A program made the position numbers and the translations under genes. A DNA stretch of 64,000 nucleotides, taken from contig NIVC01001791.1 in the NCBI GenBank assembly GCA_002269645.1, positions 25,382-89,381 of the forward strand, written 5' to 3'. Source of the DNA: Macrostomum lignano. Taxonomy: Eukaryota. The notes under the pieces were generated by a model, which was given only the letters and a program-made list of their open reading frames with translations, made no database searches and was not told where the DNA came from. This document shows, piece by piece, positions 46,874 to 60,100 of the stretch; position 1 is the stretch's first letter; each line of letters begins with the position of its first letter.

Positions 46874-48874
46874 CAGTGTTATTAGGCAAAGTTCTGGCAC
46901 TTCCGGCACTTTTAGTACCGGAAGTTCCTTTTTTTAGAGCGGCACTTTTGTCCGGTTTTTTTTTTAAATGCCGGACTTCGGCAACGGAAGTTACTTTTTG
47001 ATAAGTCGATCCGTTCCTCCGGTACTTGAACATGAAATTTTAGGTGCCAAACACAGTCAATTTAGCACTAAATATTTCCCAAAAGCGCACAACTTTCACC
47101 AAAATACTCGTAGTAAAATTATACAAAGGTAAAAAAAATTACCTTAGATCATGTGGTTTTTTACTTTTTAAGTTAAATCACATTTTAAGCATCATATAGA
47201 ATCATGGAATGAAGTAATTAAATTGGTACGAGCTACTAATGCTGTAACAAGACACAAGAAACACAAGAAACATCCTTATTTAACAACTCCTTGCGATTTT
47301 TCTAACAAGCATAACTATAGCAGTACTTCAGGACGCTACACTCGTGATTCGTGGAACATTTTTTGAAGGCCGATTTCTTCATTTCGATGTTCGTGCAGGA
47401 CGACACGAGTGATGCAATCTAAGAAGGTTTTGAGTTTTAACTCTTTTGAGAGGCTAATTTTAATTTTCTAATTTGCAGCGCAAAGGCACTATAATGAAGT
47501 TATTTTAAAGTCTTGCGCATTGGTCCATCTATCAAATTCTAGCCATTTGTTGTCCGGTACTGTTAACTGGCATTTCTAAGGCTCCCATGCAGAGTATTGA
47601 TTCTAAATGAGTCAGTAGTACAAAAGTCTACTTAAACTACTGTAAAAATATAGCTGCTGTAAAACTACAGCACAATACTATATATATAGTAGGGCGACAA
47701 GAGAATGGCTGGCCAAGGCTGGCTCCGCCGGCGCGCTGCTGGGGCCGGGCCCGGGAGCCCCCATCCCCGCCTCGGTGATCAATTCCCGCGTTAAGCGCTG
47801 GACTGATTCCGAGCATCTCCGCAGGTGGCACGACACCCGGAATTGTAGGCAATCCCGTGCGGCCGTCCCCTGCCCCTCTCCTCTCCTGCGTAGAGCCCTC
47901 CTCAGGCTCAACCGCAGAGACCTCAGAGCAGTCAGAATGGCCCTCTCCGGGCATGGCTGCTTCTCTCGCCACCGCTTCCTTCAGGGCCAAGTACCCGAGG
48001 AGCGGTGCCCCTTCTGCCGCTCAGGCAGTGAAAACGCCGAGCATTTTATCTGCCACTGCCCGGTTTTCACCAGGGCCAGGCTCACTCACCTCGGGCCAAA
48101 CCCGGTTCTCTCCGACGTTTGCAGGCCCGAGAGCATCCCGCTGCTCGCCCGGTACCTCAGGGACACGGGACGAGCTGACTTCTTCCCCACCGCCGGTGAG
48201 GAGGACCGCGCTGCAGGCGAGACCGACGGGTCCCCCTGAGCGACATCAATTCAACGGAAGTCATTGGTCGCCAGGGGCTAGCGAAATGGGCATTCTCCTC
48301 CGCCTCCTCGCTGCATCCGCCGGACGCCCCCTGCAGCTAAGTCAAAGTAAGTCAAGACAAGAGAATGGCCCACACAAACTAAGAGTCGCCTGAAGTATTC
48401 TACTTTGATCATTGTGACACATCTATTGGACAAAAATTATCTCCATACACACTTCTGAAGAGTCAGAATCAATATTTGAAAATCAGCCTCCAAATTTTTT
48501 ATGCGAATCGTCCTGATGTACAGTAATCTTTGTTTTGTAAAGGTGTTATTTATTCACTCAAATTTTGGACGCGATAATAACAAAAACATTATGTAGTAGC
48601 ATCTTTTATTTGTGGAATAACATCATGTTTAACTCTAGACCCACACATGTTTTTGTTTTTTTCACAGAGACATGTTTAAGTACTTTTTAATTGGCGGTTC
48701 TTAAAATATTGGAAAGGACCGGTAACGCAAGTATCGGAAGTTACTTTTTTAAAAAGTACCGGTACCGGAACAAGTGCCGGAAGTTACTTTCCTTGGAACA
48801 ATGGAACCGGAAGTTACTTAACCTGAAGTTAAGTGAAGGCAAGTTACTTTTTCAGAGTAACTTGCCCAACACTG
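46874..48874. mobile_element. Non-autonomous hAT-type DNA transposon (2001 bp including a nested LINE)
   Basis: Ends CAGTGTT...CAACACTG; perfect 8-bp TSD GAAATGAA (46866-46873 and 48875-48882); clustered subterminal (C)CGGAAGTTAC repeats at both ends. No transposase ORF seen. Confidence 0.88.
47710..48355 (+). mobile_element. 5'-truncated non-LTR retrotransposon (ORF2 C-terminus) nested in the hAT element
   Basis: Open frame ...MALSGHGCFSRHRFLQG...CPFCRSGSENAEHFICHCP (CCHC knuckle); short TAAGTCAA-type tail; 14-bp TSD GACAAGAGAATGGC at 47696-47709 and 48356-48369. Confidence 0.9.
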
Positions 48875-49865
48875 GAAATGAATCATTGAAGCCAGTTAAA
48901 AAAATGGCAAGAAAGCGAAGAAGTACAATAACTGCTGAAAAAGATGAAGTCGTCATTATTGTAAGGTATGTATTAGAATGCTAAAAAGCCAGTAACAGCT
49001 GGACATTTAAAAATTCAACAAACCTCTAGTTATATATCAAGTACTGAAACTAAATAGTTTTTAGTTTAATGGTTGTTATTTTTTGCTTGTTTTTGTTTAA
49101 AGTGAGATTAAATTTTGAGCTCGTTTAAATATTTTTTTAAATAATTGAATCAGTTTTTTGTTAAGCGAAATAGTTTAACGAAGAAGTTGAACAATTCAAC
49201 GAATGAACTTAAATGAACCCTGATCCGGTTTCAGAGCAGGTTTAAAAAAATTGCCAATTGTATTATTCTCTTTAATATGCTCTTTGACTTTAACAGGCTG
49301 TTTAATAATGTCATAACTCATCATACTTATAATCATAGTATAAATTTTGCATGACTCCATAGGTCATTAGGCCTACTCATTACTCATACTAGGCTTAATA
49401 CTAATAGTATTAGCCCTAAAATAAAGTCATAAAGAATAGACCTATTTTAAGTTTTTCTATTGACTTTTTTATACAATATACATTCAAATTTAAGTTAAGA
49501 TGATAACAAGTTTCATTTTTTAACATAGGCCTACAATTCTCTAAAACTGTTTGTATCAAATTATTAGGTTAGGCTAGGCCTACTAATACTATAATAGCCT
49601 AACATAGAAGATTAACAAATCAAGTTCACATTACCTCTAAAGGTATTTTTTGCACTTTTTTGCTTGATTATCATATTGTATTGGCTACTCTCTAGTCTAA
49701 GTCTAAGGCAAAAGTTTCAAAAATTGGAAAATTGGAAGCATTTTACATAGGCCTAGGCCCTGGCCTAAGGTTCAAGAAGTCCAAACTCCCTATTATGTAG
49801 GCCCCCTATTATATAGTGTTGGGCACTAGTCTGGATATAACTTAATGGGCCTAAGTGTTAATCTA

Positions 49866-50859
49866 TGAGGGGTGTCCAAAAAGTAGTGATACTTTTAACC
49901 ATAGCTCCCATTCTATAGCTGCCTGTGATTTAAAATTTTATGAACTGATAGCAGAACTTCTCTTCTACAGACTGCTTTTTGAATTTTTAAAATTGATACC
50001 AGAGAATAAAAGTTATACCCACGAAAGTAACAGTATATGTACCATAGAGTTACATAAACTATATCAAAATTTATAATAGTCAACTTCTGCACTCATTCAT
50101 TAAGAAGGCATCGATAAATGTCTTGTTTAAGCAATACCAAGGCCCAATTGCAAAATGATGCTCCCTGTGACTGACTGAAATTTGTCTATGGAAAGAATCA
50201 TGTGCAGAAATATAAAGCATTAAATTCATTACTTTACTTGCAAACAGAGGAGCTTGCATTTTGCGATTTGTTCATGAGTTCATTGCCCATACTTGACAAC
50301 AACACATGGATGTGCATTCAGTTGTTGCTCAGCAAAGTACCCATCTTCACTCTTTGGGTCGCTGGCCATCGTGCCTCAGAAATTCACGCAAACTTTGCTC
50401 TGCGCATGGATTCTCTGTGGTCAGCAAAATGACAGTTTATCGATGGATGAAGCAGTTCAGCGAGGGAAGGACTGACTTGGCAGGTCAGCATCGGACGGGG
50501 CGGCCATACGTTCATCGACTTGATGTACTGGCGGACTCCATTCTGGATCTTCTTGACAAGGACTCCCAAATGACCATTTAGAGAGATCGCTGACAGGTTG
50601 GACAAACCGAAATCAACAATTCATCAAAGCTTACTCGGCATGGATCTCGTGAAGCTCAGCCTATAATTTGTGTAACTATTCGGTACGGGTACTGTTGCTT
50701 TCGTGGGTATAACTTTTGTTCTCTGGTATCAATTTTAAAAGTTCAAAAAGCAGTCTGTAGAAGAGATTTTCCGCTATCAGTTCATAAAATTTTAAATCAC
50801 AGGAAGCTATAGAACAAGAGCTACGGTTAAAAGTATCACTACTTTTTGGACACCCCTCG
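49866..50859 (+). mobile_element. Mariner/Tc1-family internal-deletion derivative with ~190-bp TIRs
   Basis: TA|TGAGGGGTGTCCAAAAAGTAGTGATAC ... GTATCACTACTTTTTGGACACCCCTCG|TA; TIR similarity extends ~190 bp. Internal remnant VSKMTVYRWMKQFSEGRTDLAGQHRTGRP is the mariner HTH/linker. Confidence 0.93.
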
Positions 50860-52918
50860 TATTAATAAGCATTAAAATTTTTAATAATGTTAGGCCCTAA
50901 TGCCAATAATGGACTGCCATTAATATTTTTTTGAACTAACAAATTAATGAGTTTGTATTAATACTTTTTTGAGTTAATAAAAAGTTCATCGTTAATTTTA
51001 ATAGCAATGTCAATGACCAAAATATGCAAAGAATTAGAATAAAAATGTAAATCTGAAGAAAAGTTGCAACATTACAATTATATTTAGGTCTACCCTATTG
51101 AATAATTAATCTCTTTGTTTATAACAATGTTCATGCAAATATAACAACTTCTTACCAATGAACTTCCATAATGAATTAAAATTCTAAACTTTTTTACTTG
51201 CATATGAGCATCGATTGCTTTGATTTACTTAACTTCTTTCTTACCACACTTAGGAAGGTGTCATGTGTGCGCAGGAATATATTTCAGCGTATTTTTGGAG
51301 TGTGCGCTGTGCACGAAGCTAAAATATGAATTTGTGTGCCGAGGTCTACATTCGTTTATTGACAAATACATAGCTGGAGTACTAATGCACCGTAACACTA
51401 AAAACTCAGTAAAAGTCCAATTAAAACAAAACTAAAAAATAGATAAATTTTTGTACCTTATGTAGGTTTTTTTCAACTGAAAACTTTAGCTTTATTTTAG
51501 CTCACGCAGAAAATTGTCAAAAGAAATAGTTTTAACTTTACAGTAAAATCCCATTTTGAATTTTATTATTTGTTTCACTTACCAAGAAACAATTTTTTAT
51601 TGATATGCTTGGAAAAAATGTAATCTTAAAGCATATTTTATGCACTGCATATGTAGATTATACATTTAGGTGACTCATTGTGAGTTCAATTTTTCTGATC
51701 AGGTTTTGCTATGCGCCACTGTGTGCTAAAAACTTCTGCTAAGCCTTTGTTGTGCGCCGTGTGCGCCACTTCGCGCACATTTTTCATTGATGTGCGCCAG
51801 AATTTTCCGCCATAATGTACACCTTCCTGAGTGTGGCTTTCCTAATCTTTTGTAACTTTTTACTGCACCTGCTAATGCTATTGAAACAACCTTCCTGTTC
51901 TTTAGCTCTTAAGTTTCAAATAAAAAAGATACTTCTTTTACCATATGCTTACTTTAAGTAGTATTATACATACAAACTTTTAAAATTTATATTTATTCCT
52001 TTTTTAGCTTGTAAATCACTTAGATGACCTTTGTGTTTTGCTAAAAAAATGGAAAAGCAAAGAAAGTGCATTATGAAGTCTTTTTGTTTTTTGTATTTGC
52101 AAGATTTCTATATTTTCTATGTTAACTTCAATAGATTAATGCTTAATACCAATTATTAGTTAACTTAAAAAATAAAAGTTAATAAGTGAAGATTTTTGGT
52201 TTTAATGCTAACACTTAAGTTAAGATTTTTATTAATGGTGCCCAACACTAGTGCCCACATTCTAGTATGCATCCAGATTGGGGGCCATAGCCCAGCAGTC
52301 TAGCGCAAGATCTAGTATCCCAGCAACCTAGGCTCAATTCCAAGTGCAATCACATTAATTTGGGGCTGAATTAGAATCTCGGCTTGGCTCTGCTCATGCA
52401 ATTAACAGCCTTGAGAGCCAACCCCCCTCCCCCCAAGGTGCAGTGAAGTATACATGCGATAAAATAAAGTTAGGGCCACTGTACATTCCTGTGTGAGTGT
52501 GCCTGTATACATATCTGTGCGCTTATATGCCTGCTTAGGGGAGTTGGCAGAATGGGCAGTAATGCCTCTTGTTGGTTGTGTGCCTATGTTGCTTAAAGTG
52601 TGCCAGGGTGCACATAACCCCCTGCCTCTAATAAAAAAATGCATCCAGATCCAACTAATTGTGTATAGTATATACTCATACCATATGAATATATATTATC
52701 TACATGTTTATAAATTTGATCTATTTTTAATACCTATATAACTTTTGCTGACAGTTTTTCAGACACATTTTGCACAAGTGTTATAATACTAATAGTTAAC
52801 TTTTGCCAACACATTTTCAGACACTTCGCAGCATTTTAAGTGTCAGAAGATATGTCTAAAAAACTGTCTATGAAAGTTATACAGGTTGCATGTATTTCTA
52901 ATTTTACCATTCTAAAAC

Positions 52919-52923
<5 letters not shown>

Positions 52924-52966
<43 letters not shown>
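52924..52966. repeat. (AT)n microsatellite
   Basis: Read directly. Confidence 0.95.
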
Positions 52967-52971
<5 letters not shown>

Positions 52972-54184
52972 AACAATGAGGAAAAAGGGGAAGAACTCCC
53001 ATCACTGGAGTTCCATTCCCTGAAATCTATCAGCTGAATCTTATGACTGAATCCCATCATCCAAATCCTTCCTTTCTAAAATCTATCAAAATCCTCTCAG
53101 TGTAATAGATAGAAATCCTTGTAAGAAATCCTCAGTGTAATAGAAAATACTATTAAATTGAAGTGTGTAAAAAGATGCTTTCTAATTGTCTAGCCTAAAT
53201 ATATTCAAAATATAGGATTCAGTGGTTAGGGTTAAAGAAATCTACACAGAGCTGCCTATTGAAAGGTGCCAATAATAAAAAATTGAACCAATTGATTGTG
53301 CAATAGATTTCAGTCAGTATCAGTCTCAGTTAAAGTTGACAAAATGATTGCGCAATCTAAATCAATCCTCCAATATACAGCGGCAGTTAGAAGTTGAAGC
53401 CCCCAAATTTATCTATTGCATCTTGCAAAAATAAGTACAATCTTTGTAGAAAGTTAAAGATATGGAAATCATTTTTTGAATGCTGTGCTTTTAGTTTTCA
53501 TACTTTAAGCAAACAACTTATATCCTCTAACTCAGCATTTAAAGATCTTTCCAGCAATGTAAGTCTCTTTTCTCAAAGTTCTAAACTCAAGGAACAGTTT
53601 GTGTTTGAAAAAATAGTTTTTCTTTTGCAATTAAAATGAAATTTAAGATGAAATGTTATACTCATATAAAAGTGTCTATTTTTTACTGGAGCTATGCTAG
53701 GAGGTGCTACCTCACTAACTATATAGCCCACACCTTACCCCTTTTAACTGTTACCTACTTTGCTCTCTGAGAAACACCATAGACAACCTAACATTTATTG
53801 ACAAAAAAATTGCTTGAAATGTAGTTGGGTGATTATAAATTGTATTTAAGTAGACAGTATTTAGCTGGCATTGATCAAATAAGCTTGTCATTATTATTTT
53901 ACTGCCAGTCATATGCAGTTAATATTTGTACAGTAAAACGAAATAGCAAATTTAAGAGAAAATGTGTTTTATTAAAAAACAAATAGGGCCTATTATATTA
54001 TTTAATTGATGAGAGGCCAAAAAAGTTTGTTTGTTTCCTAAACTCTAACTTGTATATTAATGCATGCACATTCTGACACCAATTAAATTAACTCAAAGCA
54101 GAGTTTAACAATTGGCTTTACCTGTGAACTAAAATTGGCAGTTGTCAAGAAAGCTAGCTACCAAAAAATCTGCTTGACAAACCA

Positions 54185-57100
54185 ATGTGGAATCCAAGTG
54201 CTGTACCAGCAGCAGCCACATTTGGCAGCACAGCTGGGGTGTCGGCTCAACAGTCCCCAGGCCAAGCTGCTGCAGCTTCTATTGCAGTTTCTACTCCATC
54301 ATTTTCTCACTATGCAGCTCTGGCTGCGGCCTATAGCAGCGCCGCCGCCGCTGTTCCCGTTGTACCAGCGCCAGTTCAAGCGCCGAAACGACCGTCTGAT
54401 TTGAAAAATGTCAACACTTCAACTATGTGCCGATTTAATCTTGGCAATGGTGCGCCGACTGGGGTAAGCGCAGGGGCTGGCTTATTTATAAGTCTAGTAT
54501 ACATTGTTTAGCTGCCCTGTGAACAAGTTGTTAAGCTGGCGCACCTGGTGTTGGCGCCCTTTTGTGCTGGCGCCCCTTGGTGCTGGCGCCTCTTGGTGCT
54601 GGCGCCTCTTGGTGCTGGCGCCCCTTGGTGCTGGCGCCCCTTGGTGCTGGCGCCCCTTGGTGCTGGCGCCCCTTGGTGCTGGCGCCCCTTGGTGCTGGCG
54701 CCCCTTGGTGCTGGCGCCCCTTGGTGCTGGCGCCCCTTGGTGCTGGCGCCCCTTGGTGCTGGCGCCCCTTGGTGCTGGCGCCCCTTGGTGCTGGCGCCCT
54801 TGGTGCTGGCGCCCCTTGGTGCTGGCGCCCCTTGGTGCTGGCGCCCCTTGGTGCTGGCGCCCCTTGGTGCTGGCGCCCCTTGGTGCTGGCGCCCCTTGGT
54901 GCTGGCGCCCCTTGGTGCTGGCGCCCCTTGGTGCTGGCGCCCCTTGGTGCTGGCGCCCCTTGGTGCTGGCGCCCCTTGGTGCTGGCGCCCCTTGGTGCTG
55001 GCGCCCCTTGGTGCTGGCGCCCCTTGGTGCTGGCGCCCCTTGGTGCTGGCGCCCCTTGGTGCTGGCGCCCCTTGGTGCTGGTGCACAAATAACCGCGCCG
55101 CATTTAATAATGGCTACCATAATTTCATAACTTAGAAAATTTTTTACTTCAAAATTATTGATTTCATTTTTTAATAATACTGAACGTACGAGTAACTACG
55201 ACTGTATTGTTAAATCAAAATGCCTCGCCATCTAATTAGTAGTGCGCAACTTCGTTCAAATTAATCAGGTGCCGCCACCTCAGCAGCCTCCTGCGCTGCC
55301 TCAGACGGCACCAACCGCCGCAGGCGCTCCCCAGCCGCTGCCCGAGGCCCATAGCAACGCCGGCGATGATGACGAGTCGGCATTCGAAGCCGAATTCGAT
55401 CGAATAATGGAGGCGAAGCGCCAGGCTGAGGAAGCCAATCTCGATCCCGATGAACGGGCGGCCCTTCGGGAACTGGAGGCCGTGAAGAAGCAGAGACGCT
55501 TTGCCAATCATGCTGACTCTACCGAGGCTGATGCTGCTAGGGAGTTCGATCGTTTTCAGGTACAGATTGTAGTAACAGCAAGTCACAGGTGTACATGCCT
55601 GAGGGTTAGAAAGTCAGGACCCCTGTACACCCTCTGTGAGCGTCTGTATGAGTGCGTGACTGCGTACAGTATTGGCGCGCTTGTCACTGTGCTCAGCAGT
55701 CAGCGGAATGGGCAGAATTGCCTCAAGCGCTGGCTGTGCGGGAGGATGTCTCCGAAAGCGTTGCACCCGCGATAGTTTATGGGCTATTAACTAAGTGAGT
55801 CGAGTCAACCCTCAACTCCAAGAGTCGTTCTGTTTGCGCTTAACTTTCTTTATCCCAAGTAGACTAAAGACTAAATAGAGTTGTTATAAATGCGAAATGG
55901 GATTGTATTTGGTAAGATTACACTGATGCCCTTTAGGCGCAGCACAGTGATTTCTAAAGCGACTCTAGCACGCCTCAGATACAACTCTGCGGCTCCAGAA
56001 CCATTTGCGTCGCCCCAGAGCCACTAGACTCGCAAGAGTCACCCCAAAGTCACTAGAGTCACCACAGAGTCACTAGAGTCACCACAGAGTCACTAGAGTC
56101 ACTACAGAGTCACTAGAGTCACCACAGAGTCACAAGAGTCACCACAGAGTCACTAGAGTCACCACAGAGTCACTAGAGTCACCACAGAGTCACGACAGAG
56201 TCACTAGAGTCACTGAGTCACCACAGAGTCACTAGAGTCACCACAGAGTCACTAGAGTCACCACAGAGTCACTAGAGTCACCACAGAATCACTAGAGTCA
56301 CCACAGAATCACTAGAGTCACCACAGAGTCACTAGAGTCACTAGAGTCACCACAGAGTCACGACAGAGTCACTAGAGTCACTAGAGTCACCACAGAGTCA
56401 CCACAGAGTCACTAGAGTCACTACTAGAGTGAGTCACCACAGAGTCACCACAGAGTCACTAGAGTCACCACAGAGTCACTAGAGTCACCACAGAGTCACT
56501 AGAGTCACCACAGAGTCACCACAGAGTCACTAGAGTCACCACAGAATCACTAGAGTCACCACAGAATCACTAGAGTCACCACAGACTCACCACAGAGTCA
56601 CTAGAGTCACCACAGAGTCACCACAGAGTCACTAGAGTCACCACAGAGTCACTAGAGTCACTAGAGTCACCACAGAGTCACTAGAGTCACCACAGAGTCA
56701 CTAAAGTCACCACAGAGTCACCACAGAGTCACCACAGAGTCACTAGAGTCACTAGAGTCACCACAGAGTCACTAGAGGCACCACATAGTCACTAGAGTCA
56801 CTAGAGTCACCACAGAGTCACTAGAGTCACCACAGAGTCATTAGAGTCACCACAGAGTCACTAGAGTCACCACAGAGTCACTAGAGTTACCACAGAGTCA
56901 CTAGAGTTACCACAGAGTCACTAGAGTCGCCACAGAGTCACTAGAGTCACCACAGAGTCACTAGAGTCACCACAGAGTCACTAGAATCACCACAGAGTCA
57001 CTAGAGTCACCACAGAGTCACTAGAGTCACCACAGAGTCACTAGAGTCACGACAGAGTCACTAGAGTCACTAGAGTCACCACAGAATCACTAGAGTCACC

Positions 57101-60100
57101 ACAGAGTCACTAGAGTCACTAGAGTCACCACAGAGTCACTAGAGTCACTAGAGTCACCACAGAGTCACTAGAGTCACCACAGAGTCACTAGAGTCACCAC
57201 AGAGTCACTAGAGTCACCACAGAGTCACTAGAGTCACCACAGAGTCACTAGAGTCACCACAGAGTTACCACATAGTCATTAGAGTCACCACAGAGTCACT
57301 AAAGTCACCACAGAGTTACCACAGAGTCATTAGAGTCACCACAGAGTCACTAAAGTCACCACAGAGTCACTAGAGTTACCACAGAGTCACTAGAGTCACC
57401 ACAGAGTCACTAGAGTCACTAGAGTCACCACAGAGTCACTAGAGTTACCACAGAGTCACTAGAGTCACCACAGAGTCACTAGAGTCACCACAGAGTCACT
57501 AGAGTCACTAGAGTCACCACAGAGTCACTAGAGTCACTAGAGTCACCACAGAGTCACTAGAGTCACTAGAGTCACCACAGAGTCACTAGAGTCACCACAG
57601 AGTCACTAGAGTCACCACAGAGTCACTAGAGTCACCACAGAGTCACTAGAGTCACCACAGAGTCACTAGAGTCACTAGAGTCACCACAGAGTCACTAGAG
57701 TCACCACAGAGTCACCACAGTGTCACCACAGAGCCAGTAGAGTCACAAGAGAGTCACTAGAGTCATCACAGAGTCACCAGAGTCACCACAGAGTCACTAG
57801 AGTCGCCACAGGGGTTACTAAAGTCACCACAGAGTCGTCACTAGAGTCACCACAGAGTCACTAGAGTCACCACAGAGTCACCAGAGTCACCACAGAGTCA
57901 CTAGAGTCACCACTGAGGGTTACTAAAGTCACCACAGCGTCACTAGAGTCACCACAGAGTCACTAGAGGCACCACACTAGTCACTAGAGTCACCACAGAG
58001 TCACTAGAGTAGTCACCACAGAGTCACTAGAGTCACCACAGAGTCACTAGAGTCACCACAGAGTCACTAGAGTCACCACAGAGTCAGTCACTAGAGTCAC
58101 CACAGAGTCACTAGAGTCACCACAGAGTCACTAGAGTCACCACAGAGTCACTAGAGTCACCACAGAGTCACTAGAGTCACCACATAGTCACTAGAGTCAC
58201 CACAGAGGTTACTAAAGTCACCACAGCGTCACTAGAGTCGTTTCAAAGTCTCAGACAATAAAAGGCCTCTAATTGACTCTGAGGTGACTGTTTGACTTTT
58301 TTGGCGACTTGTACCGTGACATCTCGTCGTTTTTAAGTTGTCTAGAGTCACTTCTTTCATATTGTATCATAATTTTACCCTGCGTTGTCTGATACGCTTC
58401 TTGGCCTTGTTACCGTTTTCATCGGGCCAGTCTCCAGGCCAACTTTCGAGCTTAAGCCCCAAATTTTTGTTTTGGCCGTGCACGGCATCTCTTCGTTCTA
58501 ATGAGTGAAGAAGTCACCAGAAGAAGTCAGCGATATTGCTTAATATTGTAGCAGTAATCGTGTTATACTTCTGGTAGATTATATGAAAAAAAAATTATTT
58601 AGCGGCTCAATTTGTTAAACAGTTGGCATATTCCCTTAGCTGACTGATTCCTTTGAACGCTACATTGCTCATTACTACTTATGAATAGTAGTAGGTTTTA
58701 TCTAGCATATGTACCGGTATATGGAATCTTGATGCTGCGAAGACTCCACGAGAGACTAACTGACAATAGGATGAAATAGTGAATTACAATAATATTCAAG
58801 ATGGTTGTTGACTAGTGGTCAGAGCGTCGGACTCACGATTTGAATGTCGGGGGTTCGATTCCCGATCACACTGGAACAATTCGTGTCCTTGAGCAGGACA
58901 CTTAACTCTGCATTGCTTCAGTTCACCCAGCTGTAAAATGGGTGCCAGCATTAGCTGGGGTAATTGAGGACTGAACAGCCGTAGGCATGTACACTCTGTG
59001 CCTTGCGCCTTGGGGTTGGCCCTCATGGCTGTGAATCGCATGACAACCCCAGAGAATGTGGCCAGGGGGTTGTGGCCCTGCCCCGCCCCAATTATCTAAA
59101 AGGGTTACCCAACACCCTGCCATTCCCTCCAGACCAGTAGTGCATCGGATTCCACCGGAGACGGTAGCGAACTGGCCAAGCAGGCAGCGGAATGGCGCAC
59201 CTACATGTCCTACGCGCTGCAGTACAATCCGCAGGAAGCTGAACGCCTGTTCGCCATGTACCCGCACTTGCGCGACCTGCTGGCTACTCCCGACGATGCT
59301 TTCAAGCAGCAGCAGACTGCGCTGGCAGTGGAGCAGACCAAACAGCCCATGGCTCCTAATTTAAACGTGACAAGCTACGAAATTCAGCAGCAGCAGCAGC
59401 AGCCGATGCAGCCTCCAATTCAGCCACAGCAGCAACTGCAGCAGCAGCAGCATCTGCCCACTTTGCCAACCATGGCCGAGGCTGAATCTCGTCGCAAAGC
59501 TCAAGAAGCTGCCGAGCAAGCACTAATCGAACTGGCCGCTATGCAGGAGCAACAGCAGGAGCAGCAAAAGCAACAGCAGCAACAATTAGAACAGCAACAG
59601 CAGAAGCAATTAAAACAGCAACAGCAGAAACAATTGTTGAAGCAGCAGCAAAAGCAGCAACGCGAACAGCAGGCGCAGTTAAAGGCGTCTAGCAAGAAAT
59701 CGTCCGGATTTCACGATGTTTCCCAGCCTCCTCCACAGCCGCCGCCGCATCAGCAGCAGCAGAAGCAGCACCCGCCTAGGCCTTGGGCTGACACTGACGA
59801 GCGCAAGGGTCGCCAGCAGCAGCCTGCAGCTCCGGCCTATAAAAAGTCGCGCTTTGACTCTCCGCAACCGTGGCAACAGCAGCAGCAGCAGAAACTGCCT
59901 CCTAATTTTCAACAACAACAGTATCAGCATCCGCCGCCTCATCATAGTAAGCCGCAGCATCATCCCTCTAGTGTTAAGCGACAGAATCAGCAGCGCAGCG
60001 GCGTTGTCATCAATTTTGGCCAGGTAATTGGAACTGGATTTTTGGTTAGATTGCATTAAATGGATTGCTAATCTATAGCCATATCTGCTGGGTGAAGGAA

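Noticed and set aside
48838-48875. Helitron 3' end (hairpin plus CTGG)
   Set aside because: Better explained as the hAT right terminus, given the matching left end and the 8-bp TSD.
52280-52350. tRNA-like or SINE head (GGGGCCATAGCCCAG...GGCTCAATTCC)
   Set aside because: The A and B boxes are degenerate and no cloverleaf forms; at most a decayed SINE.
55725-55775. Second hammerhead candidate (..GGAGGATGTCTCCGAAAGCG..)
   Set aside because: The CUGANGA core is absent.
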